NCBI GenBank assembly: GCA_000165425.1
Contig: CT868062.1
Location: 62,001 to 126,000 of the forward strand
DNA length: 64,000 nt
Direction: 5' to 3'
DNA from: Paramecium tetraurelia
Lineage: Eukaryota
The notes under the pieces: generated by a model
The model's database searches: none
The model's input: only the letters and a program-made list of their open reading frames with translations
Told to the model about the DNA's origin: nothing
Part shown: positions 39,433 to 54,756 of the stretch, in pieces
Layout: each line of letters starts with the position of its first letter
Position numbering within the stretch: position 1 is the stretch's first letter
Program-made: the position numbers and the translations under genes

Positions 39433-40042
39433 AAAATAAAATTATCAATTCAATTCTTATAAAATTCATCATCTCGCCCATCTTTCAAATTTTATGTAAT
39501 CTATATTTCCCCATCTCTGACTCCCAGGCTTTATGAATCAATCTGAATTTCGATTTGCATTTAAAACTCATCATTTTCATATTTTATAACTCATAAAATA
39601 TAACTCTAAGTTTTGAAATTAAAAAGACACAGAAACACTCTTCATAAGTTCTCTTTGATTTTGTCCCATTTCAAGTGAGAATTTTTTGAAAAACGACTAT
39701 ATCTAAGAGGTTAAAATTCTATGGTGAGTTTTCTAAATAATTATATATTTAATCGATCATGAATAGATGGAACTTAAAGATTCAGCACTTTAGTTAGTCT
39801 TTTCACAAATGTTATATCAATCTGAAAATATACCAATCGGACTATTCATAATTATAATATTAATTTCCATTATCGAAAGTATTAGAAGTATATTTGGAGG
39901 ACCAAGAATCTCAACAATTTAGAATGGGAAAACTAATCTACTCGATAAGCTCTCTAGATCATTAGAATCTATAGATAAATTTATTTATTTGTTTAATTGA
40001 GAGTATGAAATCAATAGATTCATCATTTTTATATAATTATTT

Positions 40043-40756
40043 ATGCAAGATTAAGTTGTTAAGCCCATCTATTTGTCTATCAATCAATTGACTGAACTAT
40101 TCAATAATTCTATACAAGATTCCTCGGCCTTGGAGGATCATCAAAATTCCAATAACCATTTTCCAAATTAAGATTCCTTTGCTGACTTACCTCTAGAGTT
40201 TAGTTTTTAGGCTTTACATTTAATTAATTCCCAAAAAACTATTAGTGATATTTAAAATGCCGAGAAGCCCACAACCAATGTTTTAATTAGCAAAGAATAA
40301 TATTAATCGATTATGTTGAAGATGGAGTAAAATCGAAAATTGAGTGAATAATATTATAAAATGATCAAAGAGAACCAAGAATAAATCCAAAATCGTAAAT
40401 TACTTGAAGATTAGAATGCTGCAATGTTAGATTAAAACTTTTAAATTAAAAGAGAAATATAAGAAATGAAACAAAAATTATTGATTTGCTAAAGTGCTAT
40501 CCCTTTAAGAAAGGACAAACAAATAATCCAACTAAGGAATCAATACAAAGAGCTCCAAGCAAAAGTGGCAGAAAAGCGAGAAACCCAATAATCAACAATT
40601 CTCACTGAAAACAGTACAGCAGACTCTGATAAATCAAATTCCTATTATTGCAATACAAGTAGACTAGTCAGAGTCGATCAAAGCTCCTCTCATCATTAAA
40701 CAAAAAAGCCATACAGGAGCAGAAACAATTCTTTTGTTAAAATCGTTAAAAATTGA
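40043..40756 (+). CDS. 237-aa coiled-coil protein of unknown function
   Basis: Intronless 714-nt ORF with a heptad-like Q/E/K-rich central region. Confidence 0.7.
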
Positions 40757-41442
40757 TGGTCATTTTTGGGATTATTTGACTTTTTTTTCGTAGAATTTTT
40801 TTAGCTATTTCAAACAATAAAATAAACATATTCTCAATAATAAAATATTAGAAAATTTGATTTTATTTATCTATTTACTTTTTTTTTTATAATTGAGTAA
40901 TTAATATAATAATCAAAGCTAATAATAATCTTGAACTTGATTTTTGGAGTTAAGTCAATCATGGATTATATTCAAATTATTAATTATGTGTTATTATAAA
41001 TTTAAAGATAAAATTTTTAAGTGATCATAATTATTATATCAAAATGGAACATCAAATTATTATTTTCAATTTTTCTGAATTTTCTCAAATGAGGAAATAC
41101 AATTCCAAAAGTTTGGATTGCTCTAGATCTATATATTCATAATTTAGAATGGGCTTAATAAAATGAAATTATTAAAATTTGGTTGTTTCAAATAATAAGT
41201 AATTTTTATTTGATAATATAGAACAGGAATAGTGAATTATATTTAAATCATGCTTTAATTGTTATTCCAATATATCAAGCATTAGTAATAGATAATATCA
41301 GTCCTTTACTTTTTGAAGTATTATAAATCCATTCCAACTTGAAAACTAAAGATTTGAAATTAATGTCCAGTAAATAACGAATTCAAAAATTTGGAAGAAT
41401 AGAAAAAGAGCAAACTTACATAAATAGTTTATAATATAAGAA

Positions 41443-43035
41443 TCATCTTTTGAAGTTCCTTTTTTTACAACCTGGGATGTGTCTTTCAGCTGCTTATTCG
41501 CTAAATTTTCGACCACAACCAGGACATTCAACTAAGTCATCTTAAGGTTGAATATCGGCAGTTCCTCCTGATTTTGCTGCACTTATCATTTATCTAAATG
41601 CTTCTGACTGTTTTTTCCATTTGGGATCTCCATTTTAAGCCATTTATTTTTTCTTTTCAATTATTTTATCTTTAACCAACCCTTGCTTTTCTAGCTTTAC
41701 TTATTCTTAATTAACTTATCTATGTGCTTTTGAATTGAATTCTTTTCTTTTTGATTAAAATACCTTTTTACATACTTTAATATGTTTATCTAAGACATTT
41801 TCCTTGAATCTTCTGCCACACCCTTCTGGACATTCTTATAAGTCACCATCATCGTCATCCTCTGGAGGTGGAATAGAATTGGTTTGATTTTTCTTAGCAA
41901 CAGCAGGTAATTCATCAATAGGATTTAATGCTCTATTGTTGTTAGGATTGTAAGATGGTTATTACAAGGGTTGTTGTGGTTTTCGGGGTTGAGGTTTGTT
42001 GTATTGCTCTGGTGTCTGCTGCATTTACTTTTATTATTCAGGGAGTGGATCATATTATCTTTCAAATTGTCTTTCTCTTTTTTCGAGTTGAGGTTAAGAG
42101 TTGTTTTGCGAATACTTGAATTATTAGGCTGGCTATTATTGCTTGAGTGGAGATAAGGACTATGTGTTCTAATTGTAAGTGTATTGATTCTATGAAGATT
42201 ATTATTGGTTTTATTAAGTATTTTAATTCTGATTGCCATATAGATTGTATGGATTATATTGATTGTTTTAAGAAGAGAATTGTTGCTAATTATAATTATA
42301 ATTCTAATTGCTATTATTGTAAGGATTACTCTAGTTTGGATATTACATATTATTGCCATATAACCCATTATTCGAGTAGTTGTTATTGTAATTCATGTAA
42401 TCATATTTATTTTGCAATGAAATTGGCTATTATGTGAAATCATAATTGTTATTTTATTAATATCCATATGGTTATTATTTCTTGGTTAAGATATCATCAT
42501 AATATTTAGGAGGTTATTGAATTACTTACTGTTATTGTTGCCTTTTATTTTATTATTGTTCATAATAGCTCTATGGAGTATTGTAAGTGTTTAAGTTATT
42601 ACTCTTTTTGTACGAGTCTTCCTTGTATTTTTGAAGTTAGTCATAATAGTTGAGTCTATTAATGGCATTCATACCTAGATAGGGATCATTTCGATTAGAA
42701 TTTTAAGGAGGAAGTACTTGTTGCTGTTTGTATTATTATAATTATTGATAATTGAGAGTGCGTGGATCAATTATCTTCTGTTGGGAGCTGGTTTACATTG
42801 GCTATTATGATTGTTGTTTCATTGTGTAAAATTCATTGTCGCTTTTGGGATAAAGGGGGGATTGCGATGGTTTAGTAGGTTGAGTGTGAGGATAACTGTC
42901 TGGATGCTGACTGGTTCCTTGCTACCAGGTATCACGATTGCTCATTTTTGCCTTGAGTAGTTGCAGCTAGTTAGAGACTTGGTCGTTTGATACAGCCATT
43001 TGACCTGTACGAGAAAGGTTGGATCCCTAATACAT
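41443..43035 (-). CDS. ZC2HC1-like protein: Gln/Asn/Tyr-rich low-complexity region and two C2HC zinc fingers
   Basis: LQECPEGCGRRFKENVLDKHIKVC..KRKEFNS..KWKKQSEAFR..LVECPGCGRKFSEQAAERHIPGC. 1593 nt from ATG to TGA. Confidence 0.85.
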
Positions 43036-43187
43036 TTAATTATAATTAAAATGGGTAATGTGAGATTCATCATTAATTTATCACAATATCTAGGAATTCT
43101 ATCCAATTTCTTGTCTTCAATGAGTGATTGACATATTATTCGAATTCGGCAAGATGTAGTGTTTTGAAAATAAAATATTATAAATTA

Positions 43188-44345
<1,158 letters not shown>

Positions 44346-44388
44346 ATTTACTTGTTATTTGATGATTACTTATTTATAATTAACAGAA

Positions 44389-44912
44389 ATGAATCAGCCT
44401 CAACGGAGTCTTTCAAACTTAGGAATGTCTAAATCTCGTACTCTGTTTATCATCTATATAGAGACTATATCCCAGAATAGAATAGGACATCAAGTGCATT
44501 CTATAAAAGAGATGACCAAAGCAGATTGGATTAGTAGTTGGCCAGATATGAAGAGTTCAAGAGAAATTACAAGCGAAACGAATTAAAATATTCTTATTAC
44601 CAACAATATCCTAGGGACATGAATTAATCCTTTGTGGAAGAACGATACTAGAATTCCTACAATCCTCGATCCAACTATAATAATAAGCATCTACAGACAC
44701 AGCAATATGAATATGATAGGGATTTTTACAAAAAGGACATCAAATAGGATTCACCCATCAAAGTTGAACTCAGCTACACTGCTCCTAACACTACAAAAAA
44801 AGGAGTTGTCTCTGACACAGCTGCTTACTTAAGAGAAAGAGAAACAATAATGAATTCTTTTATGACTCAAGAGGAAATTCAAAGAATCAAAAGGATTTAC
44901 TATAGAAAATGA
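44389..44912 (+). CDS. Small hydrophilic protein of unknown function
   Basis: About 150-codon open frame YIPEQNRTSSAF...RIKRIYYRK-TGA. Joining it to ATG 44389 needs intron 44438-44463 (GAG acceptor) or a 1-nt correction. Confidence 0.6.
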
Positions 44913-45192
44913 TAGTCATTTTAGTATCTTAAATGTATTTTTACTTAATATTTTATAAATAATTTTGGATGGATTTCTCTTTGCAGCCATCTAACTATAA
45001 TCGAAAAGTTAAAAGGGCAAAGTATGAGCCCAAAGAATATTTATATTCTAAAGACATCAATAAAGTTGTTGCAGCACTTAAATGATTAATATTTTAAATT
45101 AATTTATATGCTGATATATTGACTATTATTTTTAGTATTATGAACTAAGCCTTTTAGATATGGAATATAAAATTATATATATAATCAAATAA

Positions 45193-48100
45193 TCAACTTC
45201 CAAGATATTGAGTTAAACCATAGGAGTTGGCAAAGTACTCTGTGACTTTTCTATTGTAAGCAGCAGGGTTGTCTTTGAATGGTATTAAAGATTTAATAGT
45301 CTTCATACTCATTTAATCCAAAACAACAGCAGGATTGTAAGACCACTATTATTATACGATCTCCTTGTGGAAGATACTTATATTATAATCTATCACAATC
45401 CATACGTTTATTAAAATGCCCCTAGAATGAAATGAAAAATTACTTCTCTTTAAGCATCCACTAACCTGACAATAATGGACATATTTTTTAGATAAAAAAC
45501 TTTATTGTTGGTGACTTGATCCCGAAGGTAATCCCAAGCATCTTGTTTTTTAATGTCTTCAATCACAGCTCTTGGGACTGATCCTCTGAACACTGGTAAT
45601 TGATAACAGTTGGACATAACATAATTGTCAGGTGAGAACACAGGCAAAATAGTCCAACCCACATCAGAGATGGCTCCATCTGGTTTAGAGAATGGCACTG
45701 ATTTGATGTCTAAAATGATATTCTGATATCTATTGGCATTTTCTTTGAATTTGAACCAAGCATCATCGTATTCAGGAGTGTTGATTTTGGAATCGAAATC
45801 GTAATTAGAACACATGTGTCCTTGAGTAATGTCTCTGGGTTCTAGATAAAAGGTTCCAGGTTATGATAAGGAATAAAAGACGACGTACATATGTGATTGA
45901 TTAACAACATTATGTAATCCATCAACAGTCAATTTGAATCCAGCTTATGGTCTGTACTTGGCAAAATACATCATATCGATCATGAATGTATCATGAGTTA
46001 AGGATATACGGTTATCCAAATAGTTAATTATTTCATTGTCCTTGTATTATCTATTAATTTATTCTCCCTTTATTAATAAATATGCAGCCTCTCTAACACT
46101 AATATCAGGTCTGATAGTTCTTTGAGCAAATAATTCATTTTCTGATTCAGTGATAGGAGCTAACTCAGTGTTGTAGGCACTCGCCCCGTATTAAGGACGT
46201 GGCCTCATAATATTTCTGGCTATTTAATCCTTTAAGCTTGGAAATTCTTTGATGGATAGAGCTCTTTTACCATCTTCACTCAAAGGTGCTTTAAACATTC
46301 TGACAAGCACAGTACAACAAGGAGATCGTTCATGGGAGTAACTACATCTCAATATATTATTTACATCTTTTTCATGTCAAATGGCGGTGTTCTGTCTAAC
46401 TATTGACTAAACAATGGTATTTGATATGCTCCAGAATAAACTACATAGTTATCCTCATTAGAATCCTCAGGTTGAGATTTAGTACCAGGATTCAAAAATA
46501 GATTAATTGCAGCATAACCAACAATTCTGTTATCATTAGTACTTTTATCTACTGTTACAACAGTGATCAAAGCAATTGCAGTTGGATCAAACTTCTCTTT
46601 TCTCAATTCTCTTCTGAAATAGAATGTTGGATTGTAGGCCATACCATTGAGATCAGGAGCTGCTGTTTCAGCATCAAACAATTTCTCATATCTCCTGTTG
46701 TATACTTCCATGTAAATTTTACAAGCTGTTACCTTATCAGGCAAGAATCTTAATCCATCTATGTAGAAATCTATTCCATGTCTTCTTTCAAATTATTCGT
46801 TTATCCATTATTGCTAGAAATTAGGAATATATGGACTATTGTCTAATGGAATATCTTTAATCTCCTCTAATTTTGGTTTCTTATGTTTATGCTTCATCTA
46901 CTTTTTAAATTCTTCAATATCTTTTTCTGTGTACGCAAATTCATGCAAAGCAAAGTCAATAACTTCATCCATTTCCTATACTTTAGTAGGATCTATGGGA
47001 GGTCGTCGTAAAGGGGGTTTAAATAATTTCATTTTGAATCTTCCAGTTAGCAGACTGCCATCATCTTAAGTCAGTTTGAGGAATTGCCATCCCTTTAAAT
47101 CAAATTCTAACCCTGCATAATTCTTTTGTGTTTCATTCAAAACTGATTCCTACAATTCAACTGGTTCTGGTTTTTCAACTACCTATAATCCAATATATAA
47201 GTCCTTCTTGTTCTTCTTAATCATCGCATATAGATTTCGAAATACTCTATACTCCTCCTAGAATATGATATCCTGACCTGATGCCTTATTATTCATTCCA
47301 TCATACTCTACATTAGGTTTGTGTAAGGGTATAATGTATTCATTTGCTAAAACTTGTCTATTCTTTTGATCCAAAGGATTGTGAATAGAAGTATTAAATG
47401 CAACTGGCAGCCCATTTGCATCCAAAACTAAATTGCCTTCCTCAAATAATCCTGCCATAACTCTCAAATGAGATCTGGCCTAATGGTTATCAACCCTATA
47501 AATGATTAGTCTCAACCCCTTCTATTTTCCATTATCTTAAATGGGAGGTTCTTCCTCTCTAATTCCATACTTTTGCATAGGAGGTGGCTGTCCAGTAATC
47601 TCGTATTCTTCCATGTTAGATTTACCTCCTGCTCCCCCCACTAATTAACTTTCCTCTATAATCTCCTCAATCATCTTATATCCTCTGCCCCCATACCTGC
47701 TTTCATAGCTTTCTTCCATTCCTTTCATATTTTTCACCTTTTCTCTCTTTCCAAACAATCCTCTCAGATGAATAATACGCTCATTATGTATTCATGTTGA
47801 GTTTATTCAGGATAAATAGTTTTGACTTCCCCATAATCTTTATCATTAGGATATCCTATTCTAAAATAGACCCAACAATTAGGAATGGGCTCTAAGTTCT
47901 AGATCTCTTCCACAGTAATCTCTGGACTTGTAGGTCCATAATAAACAGGACATTTAAATTTTCCTCGTTTCAATTATTTGTTATGATCAAATAGATCCAC
48001 TTAAGTCCATCCATAAGTTTCAGTTCTACCTACGTTATCCTCAACTCTTTTGCTAAAAGGAATTTGAACTTCCATGATCATCAGAGTATCTGGATGCGCA

Positions 48101-50311
48101 GGTACCTCAAAAACTTAGTGAGAATCTCCAAAGATGCATCTATTATGATTTTAATTTTCTGTCTCACTTTCTCTTGGTTCAACTAATCTGGGCTAACAAA
48201 TCACTTGTTATCCATTATAAACTCCAAATACAACCTAACTGTAATTACTCCTTCTAGGTAATCCTAAAGTATAATCCCAATGAACTACAAATCCCTCACT
48301 TTGATTGTACGCCTGCATCTACTATCTTTTCTAAGTATTATCTTTTCTTAATCTATTCTCAATGATGAACTTCTTATTATCATCCACCCATTTCTCATTC
48401 TCCCATTGTCTATCATCCTCTCTCCTTTCCATCTCAAAATCCCTCCTTGCATCCTGTAATCGCTACTCCTGAACGATCTTCTCTATTTTCATGCTCTCAT
48501 TGTCGATAATTCCTTATATTACTCAACCTTAAATCTATACAATTCTGTCCCTACAGGAATTCTTGAAATTACCCTCATACTATCAATTTCCTAAGCCTAT
48601 AGACTCATCAACACTCTCTCCTCCTCTGTCAAATCAACACCTCGAACTTCATTCATCAAAAAAAACTCATTTTTTCTATTGAAAATGCTCCATGGATCCT
48701 TAATTTTTTTACCTTCCTAATTCAATGCTAATTGATTCAAAGCAAATTGCCCAAAAGCTGTTGGCCCTTACTGTTATGATTGTGGTTGTTACTGCATTAC
48801 TGGATTGTAGACAGGCATCATTTGTGGTTAAGCAAATGCATTATATTGCATCATAGGATTCATTTGAAATTATGGTTATTAAGCTTAAGGTTATTGAGGT
48901 AGCATTTAAAATTAATTATTTTGAAATTAAGGAATGGGAACACCCCAAGCATTTTTTAAGACTTCGATTTATTACTGTTATTATTATTGCTATTAAAGTT
49001 ATTAATTAACATCAGGAAAACTCTGTATGGTTTATTAAGGCTACAATCTAGTGGCTGGCGCTCTATTGACTTAGGAGGAGGGTTATCTCCTGACTTAGCT
49101 CATGTTAATACTCTGGGATAAGCTTTTATCCATCATACTATTTGCATGCTATTCGATTCCTTATCTGAATGCTTAAAGTTCTCCATGAGTCTAAGGATTC
49201 TTATTCTTATACATATCCACAGCCTATTATCCAACGGGTGCTCTCTATCCAAAGGCTTCATCTCCATCAAAGGGCATAAATTCAGGTTTCTATTGTTTCA
49301 ACTGATTTATTCTTTGCTATTGTTCTGCAAATCTTCCATCATGTAATTTGGCATTGAAATTCTCCATTTATTACATATCCCCCAAAATGTTCTTTGCATT
49401 TGCGACTAAATTCATAGTGCCTCCTCTTTAAGCAGCCTTCAAATCACCATTTCGCAGTCTATCCAAATTGTCCATGATTCTTAGTCGTTCTCCCTCTAAT
49501 TGTTCTCGCTTTAATTTTAACTTGGCCACATTGTCTGATCTTTCCTAAATTAGATCCTCATTCAATTTTGTATTGTTTTTTTATTTTAATTGCATCCCAT
49601 CAATTACATTATTGATTTTTGAGACTTCCTCCTACCTCATCTGATCAAGCATTCGTGTATTCTGTTCCATCGATTCAATATCTTTAATGAGTTCCCCTTC
49701 CTTCATCCTCAGAGCTTCCCTCTCAGCAATAAGTTTCTCTAACTCTCTTTTCCTCTCTTATTCAATCGCTGTTAATTTTGCTTTCTCCAAGTCCATCAAG
49801 GCTCTTCGAATCTCGTCCTTCTCTATTCTAGCCCTGATCTCCTTCTCCTTTTTCTATTCAACCTCATGTAACAATTCTTCAAATGCTTGTCTATCATCAT
49901 CTCTTTTCATTTTGATCTGCTGCCTATCATTCTTTAGTTTATTTAGATCATCATCCATTTCATCTTCTCTTCTTCTCTAGGCCATTCGATTTAATCTTTT
50001 GAATTCATCATCTTATTATTTCATCTAATCCTTAAACGCTTCCAAAGATAATTGGTTCTTCTATTATTACCCTGGTGGAGGTCTGCCAGTCTCAATAATT
50101 TCTCTTGCTCCAGGAGCGTTGCTCTTTTTTAAATTCAATAATTCTCTTTAGTATTTCTCCTCTAGTTTATTTTAAGACCCATAATCTGAGCTCACACAAA
50201 ACTAATTAAATCGTTGATATTTACCCTCTTGACGTGGTTCTCCAATTATTGTCTTGTCTCAAATTTCATTTTACATGCCAAACATTCATTGAAAAGTGTG
50301 TTCTCAGACAT
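45193..50311 (-). CDS. CCDC17-like large coiled-coil protein with C-terminal C2-like domains
   Basis: N-terminal CLACKMKFETRQQLENHVKR|FC zinc-finger-like motif, long coiled coil, Gln/Pro-rich segment, then YNQSEGFVVHWDYTLGL and GIDFYIDGLRFLPD. Motif order as in CCDC17. Several tiny introns. Confidence 0.75.
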
Positions 50312-50877
50312 GTAATTTAAAAAGTAAAATTTATAATAATATTTTATAATTCATAATAAACAAAATACTTTTGTTACAATCATTCATAGTAAGGAGTTTT
50401 GTTTGTGATAACAGCATTCTACTAATATCATTTTGATTGAAAATTATGGATTATTTCAATTACAAAACTTTCATATAACTACTTATTTATATTTAATACA
50501 ATACTATTTACTCATTTGAGAAAACATTCCCTATTGAATCCAAAAAAAATTAAGTAATTCATAAAACAATCTATTCATAGATGTGATTGTTATTTTTGCT
50601 CATTACATATAATAAGTTATGATTTACAAATATATAAGACAGGGCCTAGAGAGGTGAAGCCGATTAATCGACTGAAAACAATTTGAATTCTTCTGTTAAT
50701 GTTCAACTTTGTATAATTTAAATAGCTTATTGAGATGAGATGCTATAGATAAAGTTCATTCATCTAATTCTACTACTTCTTGCTGAATTCAAAAATAATT
50801 CCCATTTTCTTAAGAATGAGTTATAATTGATAATTATTATCAACATCAGTATTAGTATTATTTACATTCAAATTATT

Positions 50878-51917
50878 ATGGACATTCAAAACATCATGTA
50901 ACAACTGGGAGGAGGAGGATAAGCCGTAAATCCGGAAGTGTCCATCCCAGATACAGCAGAATAAGTCACTATAAGTGCGCTTGCTTTGATCAAAATGCTA
51001 AAAGTAATTTGACTCTTATTATCATCCAGCATGCCAGAGCAGGAATACCATTTGAAGTAATGGGCCTTTTATTAGGAGATATAGTAGATGATTATCACAT
51101 TAGAGTGTATGATGTCTTTTCAATGCCCCAAACAGCAAGCAGTGTTTCTGTGGAATCTGTGGATCCAATATTTCAATAAAAAATGGTTGAATTGTTGAAT
51201 TTAACAGGAAGAATGGAAAATTGTATTGGATGGTATCACTCTCATCCTTCATATGGTTGTTGGCTATCAAGCGGTACTCATTCATATCTCATATTTTATA
51301 GTCGATATCAACACTCAATAATCATATGAATAGTTAAATAAGAAATCGATTGCTGTTGTTATTGACCCAATTCAATCTGTCAGAGGCAAAGTAGTTATCG
51401 ATGCATTCAGATTGATTCCCCTAATCAGCTATGCTTAGCCAATAAGAACCTAGATAAACTACTTCAAATACAGGGCACCTACAAAAACCAGGATTAGAAG
51501 CTTTGTTAAGAGGTCTAAATAGATATTATTATTCGATCAACATCAAATTTAAATGCAATGATTTGGAATAGAAAATGCTTTAAAATTTATATAAAAACAG
51601 CTGGGCTGAAGGTTTAAAGTAATTATTACTAATTCTATTGGTTATTAGATGCAATTCTGCTAGTGAAAATAGCCAAAAAAATGAGTTCTGTGTTGAAAGT
51701 ATGTCCAAATTAGCTCTAGAATATTAGAAATTGATAGGTATAGATTCTTACATTTTAATTTATAGAGGATGAATCTAAGAAGGGAGAGTAGGAAACTAAA
51801 TTAAAAAATACAGGAAAGAAGGATCCAAAGAAGCATCTTGGTTTGAAAGTGGATGAATTGCTTGATGAAAATTTAAATGCTATATTGGGTAGGATGATGG
51901 CTACTAAAGCCTTCTGA
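50878..51917 (+). CDS. RPN11: 26S proteasome lid deubiquitinase RPN11 (JAMM/MPN+), with a +1 frameshift at about 51421 as written
   Basis: [77 protein letters not shown]. Introns 51004-51029, 51274-51301, 51619-51648 and 51738-51765. Confidence 0.95.
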
Positions 51918-51941
51918 TCTGATTTATAGTTAAAATTAATA

Positions 51942-52851
51942 ATGATTAATAATTTAATGTTCACTCCTGAACAATTTGCGGCAAATTATTAAATCAATTT
52001 CTCTAAATTGATAGGCAAAGGACATGATAGTACAGTATTTTTGACTATGAACAAATAAACTAATCAATAATTTGCATTAAAATGTTTGGCATAAACCATT
52101 GAGTAAAATGCTATTAATTTATTCGTAATAATCATATCATATTTTTCAAGAGAACGAGATCCAAATACTTCGTCATATCTAACATCCGCACATTATAACT
52201 ATGGTTGGATATTGTTCAGACTGTTCCTGTATGCTGCTTGAATTAATGTCATTTGGTTCTCTTTATAAAATCTTACTGTAAGGTCCTTTGCCATTAGCAA
52301 TTGCAAATGGAATAATAATCTAAATTGCTTAGGCTTTAGAATATCTTCATGCAAAAGGAATAACTCACGGAGACATCAAATTGGATAACCTCCTGATTTC
52401 TGGAGATTACATTATAAAAATATGTGATTTTGGATTTGCTAAAATTAATGGGCAGACTCCAATTCCAAAGATTACTGTATCTGGGAGTGAAGGATATACA
52501 GCGCCTGAAATATGGTTGGTTCCAACAGATTTGAAAAAATGTGACATGTTTTCTTTGGGAGTGGTGTATTTTATAATGATAACAGGGCATCCTCCATTTG
52601 AATCAAATAATCCATAAATAGAGGATGCTTGGTGGAAGCTTATTAAGAAAGAGTAATGGAACGTGTTTTGGAAAGAATTAAAATTATCAATACTACCAGA
52701 ATATGTTAGAACAATTATTTAAAAATTACTATGCGTAAACTATCAGACGAGATATTCAGCAGATGAAATCATGTAAATATTAATGGATAAATGTGCTACG
52801 TCAGATCAGATAGTTGATGAAATAAAAAAAAGGATCATTTAGTAAAAATGA
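51942..52851 (+). CDS. Ser/Thr protein kinase (non-RD, HGD catalytic loop)
   Basis: IGKGHDSTV, FALK, HGDIKLDN, DFG, GSEGYTAPE, DMFSLG. Intron 52125-52152 is needed for frame. Confidence 0.88.
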
Positions 52852-52917
52852 AATATTTGTATTTATATTAAATTATGAAACAGTTTATGTAATTAGAGCA
52901 AATGAAATTCATTAAAT

Positions 52918-54691
52918 TCATTAAAATACTATTCTATCAACACTTTATCTTTCAAGTAAATGCTATTTTAATATGGCTTAGCTATATTTTTCTTTTCGAC
53001 TTTTGAGATGCTTTTACTTCTGACTTTCTTCCATCATTTTATCAATTATCTTTTATTGTTCTCTCTATTAATGGTTTAACTATGTACTTCTTTCTCTTCT
53101 GCAAATGCTCTTGTGTTATTTAAGGCTCTTTACAATCTCATCTTATTTTTTTCAGATTACTCTTTGATTTTAATATCGATGCTTGATTAAATTGACTGCA
53201 ATCTACCTGAAACATCTAATTTGATTTCAAATAACTATACTTTTATCATTCTCCTTCTTCTTTATGATCTCTATTTTCTATTCTAACAAACTATTCAATT
53301 TTTCTTTGTTTTTCTTCACTCTGCTAATTTAAGTAGCTAATTTAGTTTTTACTTGTCCTAATTATGCATTCTTGATTTACATTTACTCTTCAACCATCTT
53401 ATTGCTCAAATCAGCAAATTTAATATATTATTCAAGCTTATTTTATTGATACTCAATCTGAGTTTAAATTACCTTCTACTGTGCTTATTCTTGCTTCTAA
53501 AGACTCAATTGTCTCTTTTAATTCATTTCATCCTTTAATTTTGACAGTATTTACTCAGTCATATAATCCTTCTCTATTTATTTCTCCATAATCTATTCAA
53601 TCTATTAATCTTCCATATAAATAGCTAGTTTCTTCTTTTCTCTTCTCTCTTCTTCCTTCCTTTGATTTCTCTCTTGAAGATCTTTCAATTCTTGGTTATG
53701 CTACGAATCAAATTGATTTTTATTTTGCTGAGTGATTTCTTGCTTCTTGTTCAGATATTCCTGCACTTTAATCCTTTATTCTCTGTCTTTAATCTCTAAT
53801 TCGTGTATTTTTTCGAGAGTCCTCTTCTAACGATCTTGAAAGATTTTCTTTCGTTCTTATTGCTTTCTAAGGTAATATTTTGATTTATTACATTTTATTC
53901 ATTTGTTTGACAGCTTCTACCTTTTTGGCCATGATAGGAACTTTTTGTTGATAATAATCATGTAAGGATCTAAGTTTTTCTTCTTCCAATTATTTGTATC
54001 GACTAAGAGTTTGTAGGTATTCCTAACTTTTCTTGGCTTGCATTTCCAGTCTCTCTTCGAAGGAGCTCTATAAGAAATCGAGAGAACGAGTGTTGAATGA
54101 TTTTGACATAATAGTGGTCAGCTTAGTGGGTATGACTAGAGCACCGCCATCAGTGAGGAAGCCTGATAGATGAAATGGAGACTGATACTTGAGGTATTCT
54201 ATTGAGTGTGTGATTTGTTGAGTTTATTTTTTGATTTCTATAGTTTCTCTTGTTTTTTAATCGAATTTCTTGTACTCACTATGCGCAACAATTCCTTGTA
54301 CTTATCAGTGAGGTAGTTCATATAATTTATTAGATTTTGAATGGGATGAAGTTCAGGCATTTGAAACTGCTAAAATGTAAATATGTGACATGCATTCTCA
54401 CCTAAATCTAATTAAATTCAGAGCCTACCTTTGTACGAGGAGATTGAGGATCGAGCTTTCAAGAAGAAAATAGATAGTTTATTAGGATCTCTCAAAATTT
54501 TATCCTTGTCATCGAATGGCATAAAGATCCTGACTGATGGCTTCGTCTATGATTGCATTAGTGAGGGTCGGGAATTTGAGTTTTTTAACGAAGAATTGAT
54601 TGATGAGATGGAATTTCTGATCTTCTGTTAATTTGGGTTTGATTCTGGGGGAATGAACCTCACTATTGTGACTATTGTGAAAACTTGACAT
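52918..54691 (-). CDS. Long coiled-coil protein of unknown function
   Basis: K/E/Q-rich heptads. Frame is continuous from ATG 54691 if three 5' introns (about 54663-54684, 54402-54428 and 54279-54301) are spliced. Alternative start at ATG 54321. Confidence 0.7.
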
Positions 54692-54756
54692 TAAAAATAA
54701 AAAATTAAATAAATGCTCTTAGATAATGTACTATTGAATATGTAATAAATCAGCGT

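Noticed and set aside
39450..40020. Gene fragments between the DENN gene and 40043
   Set aside because: The frames I tried are interrupted by TGA and no domain was recognised.
50615..50790. Possible box C/D snoRNAs (CTGA motifs, palindrome TCGA/CGATTAATCG)
   Set aside because: No good RUGAUGA C box, terminal stem or recognisable rRNA guide. A covariance-model search would be needed.
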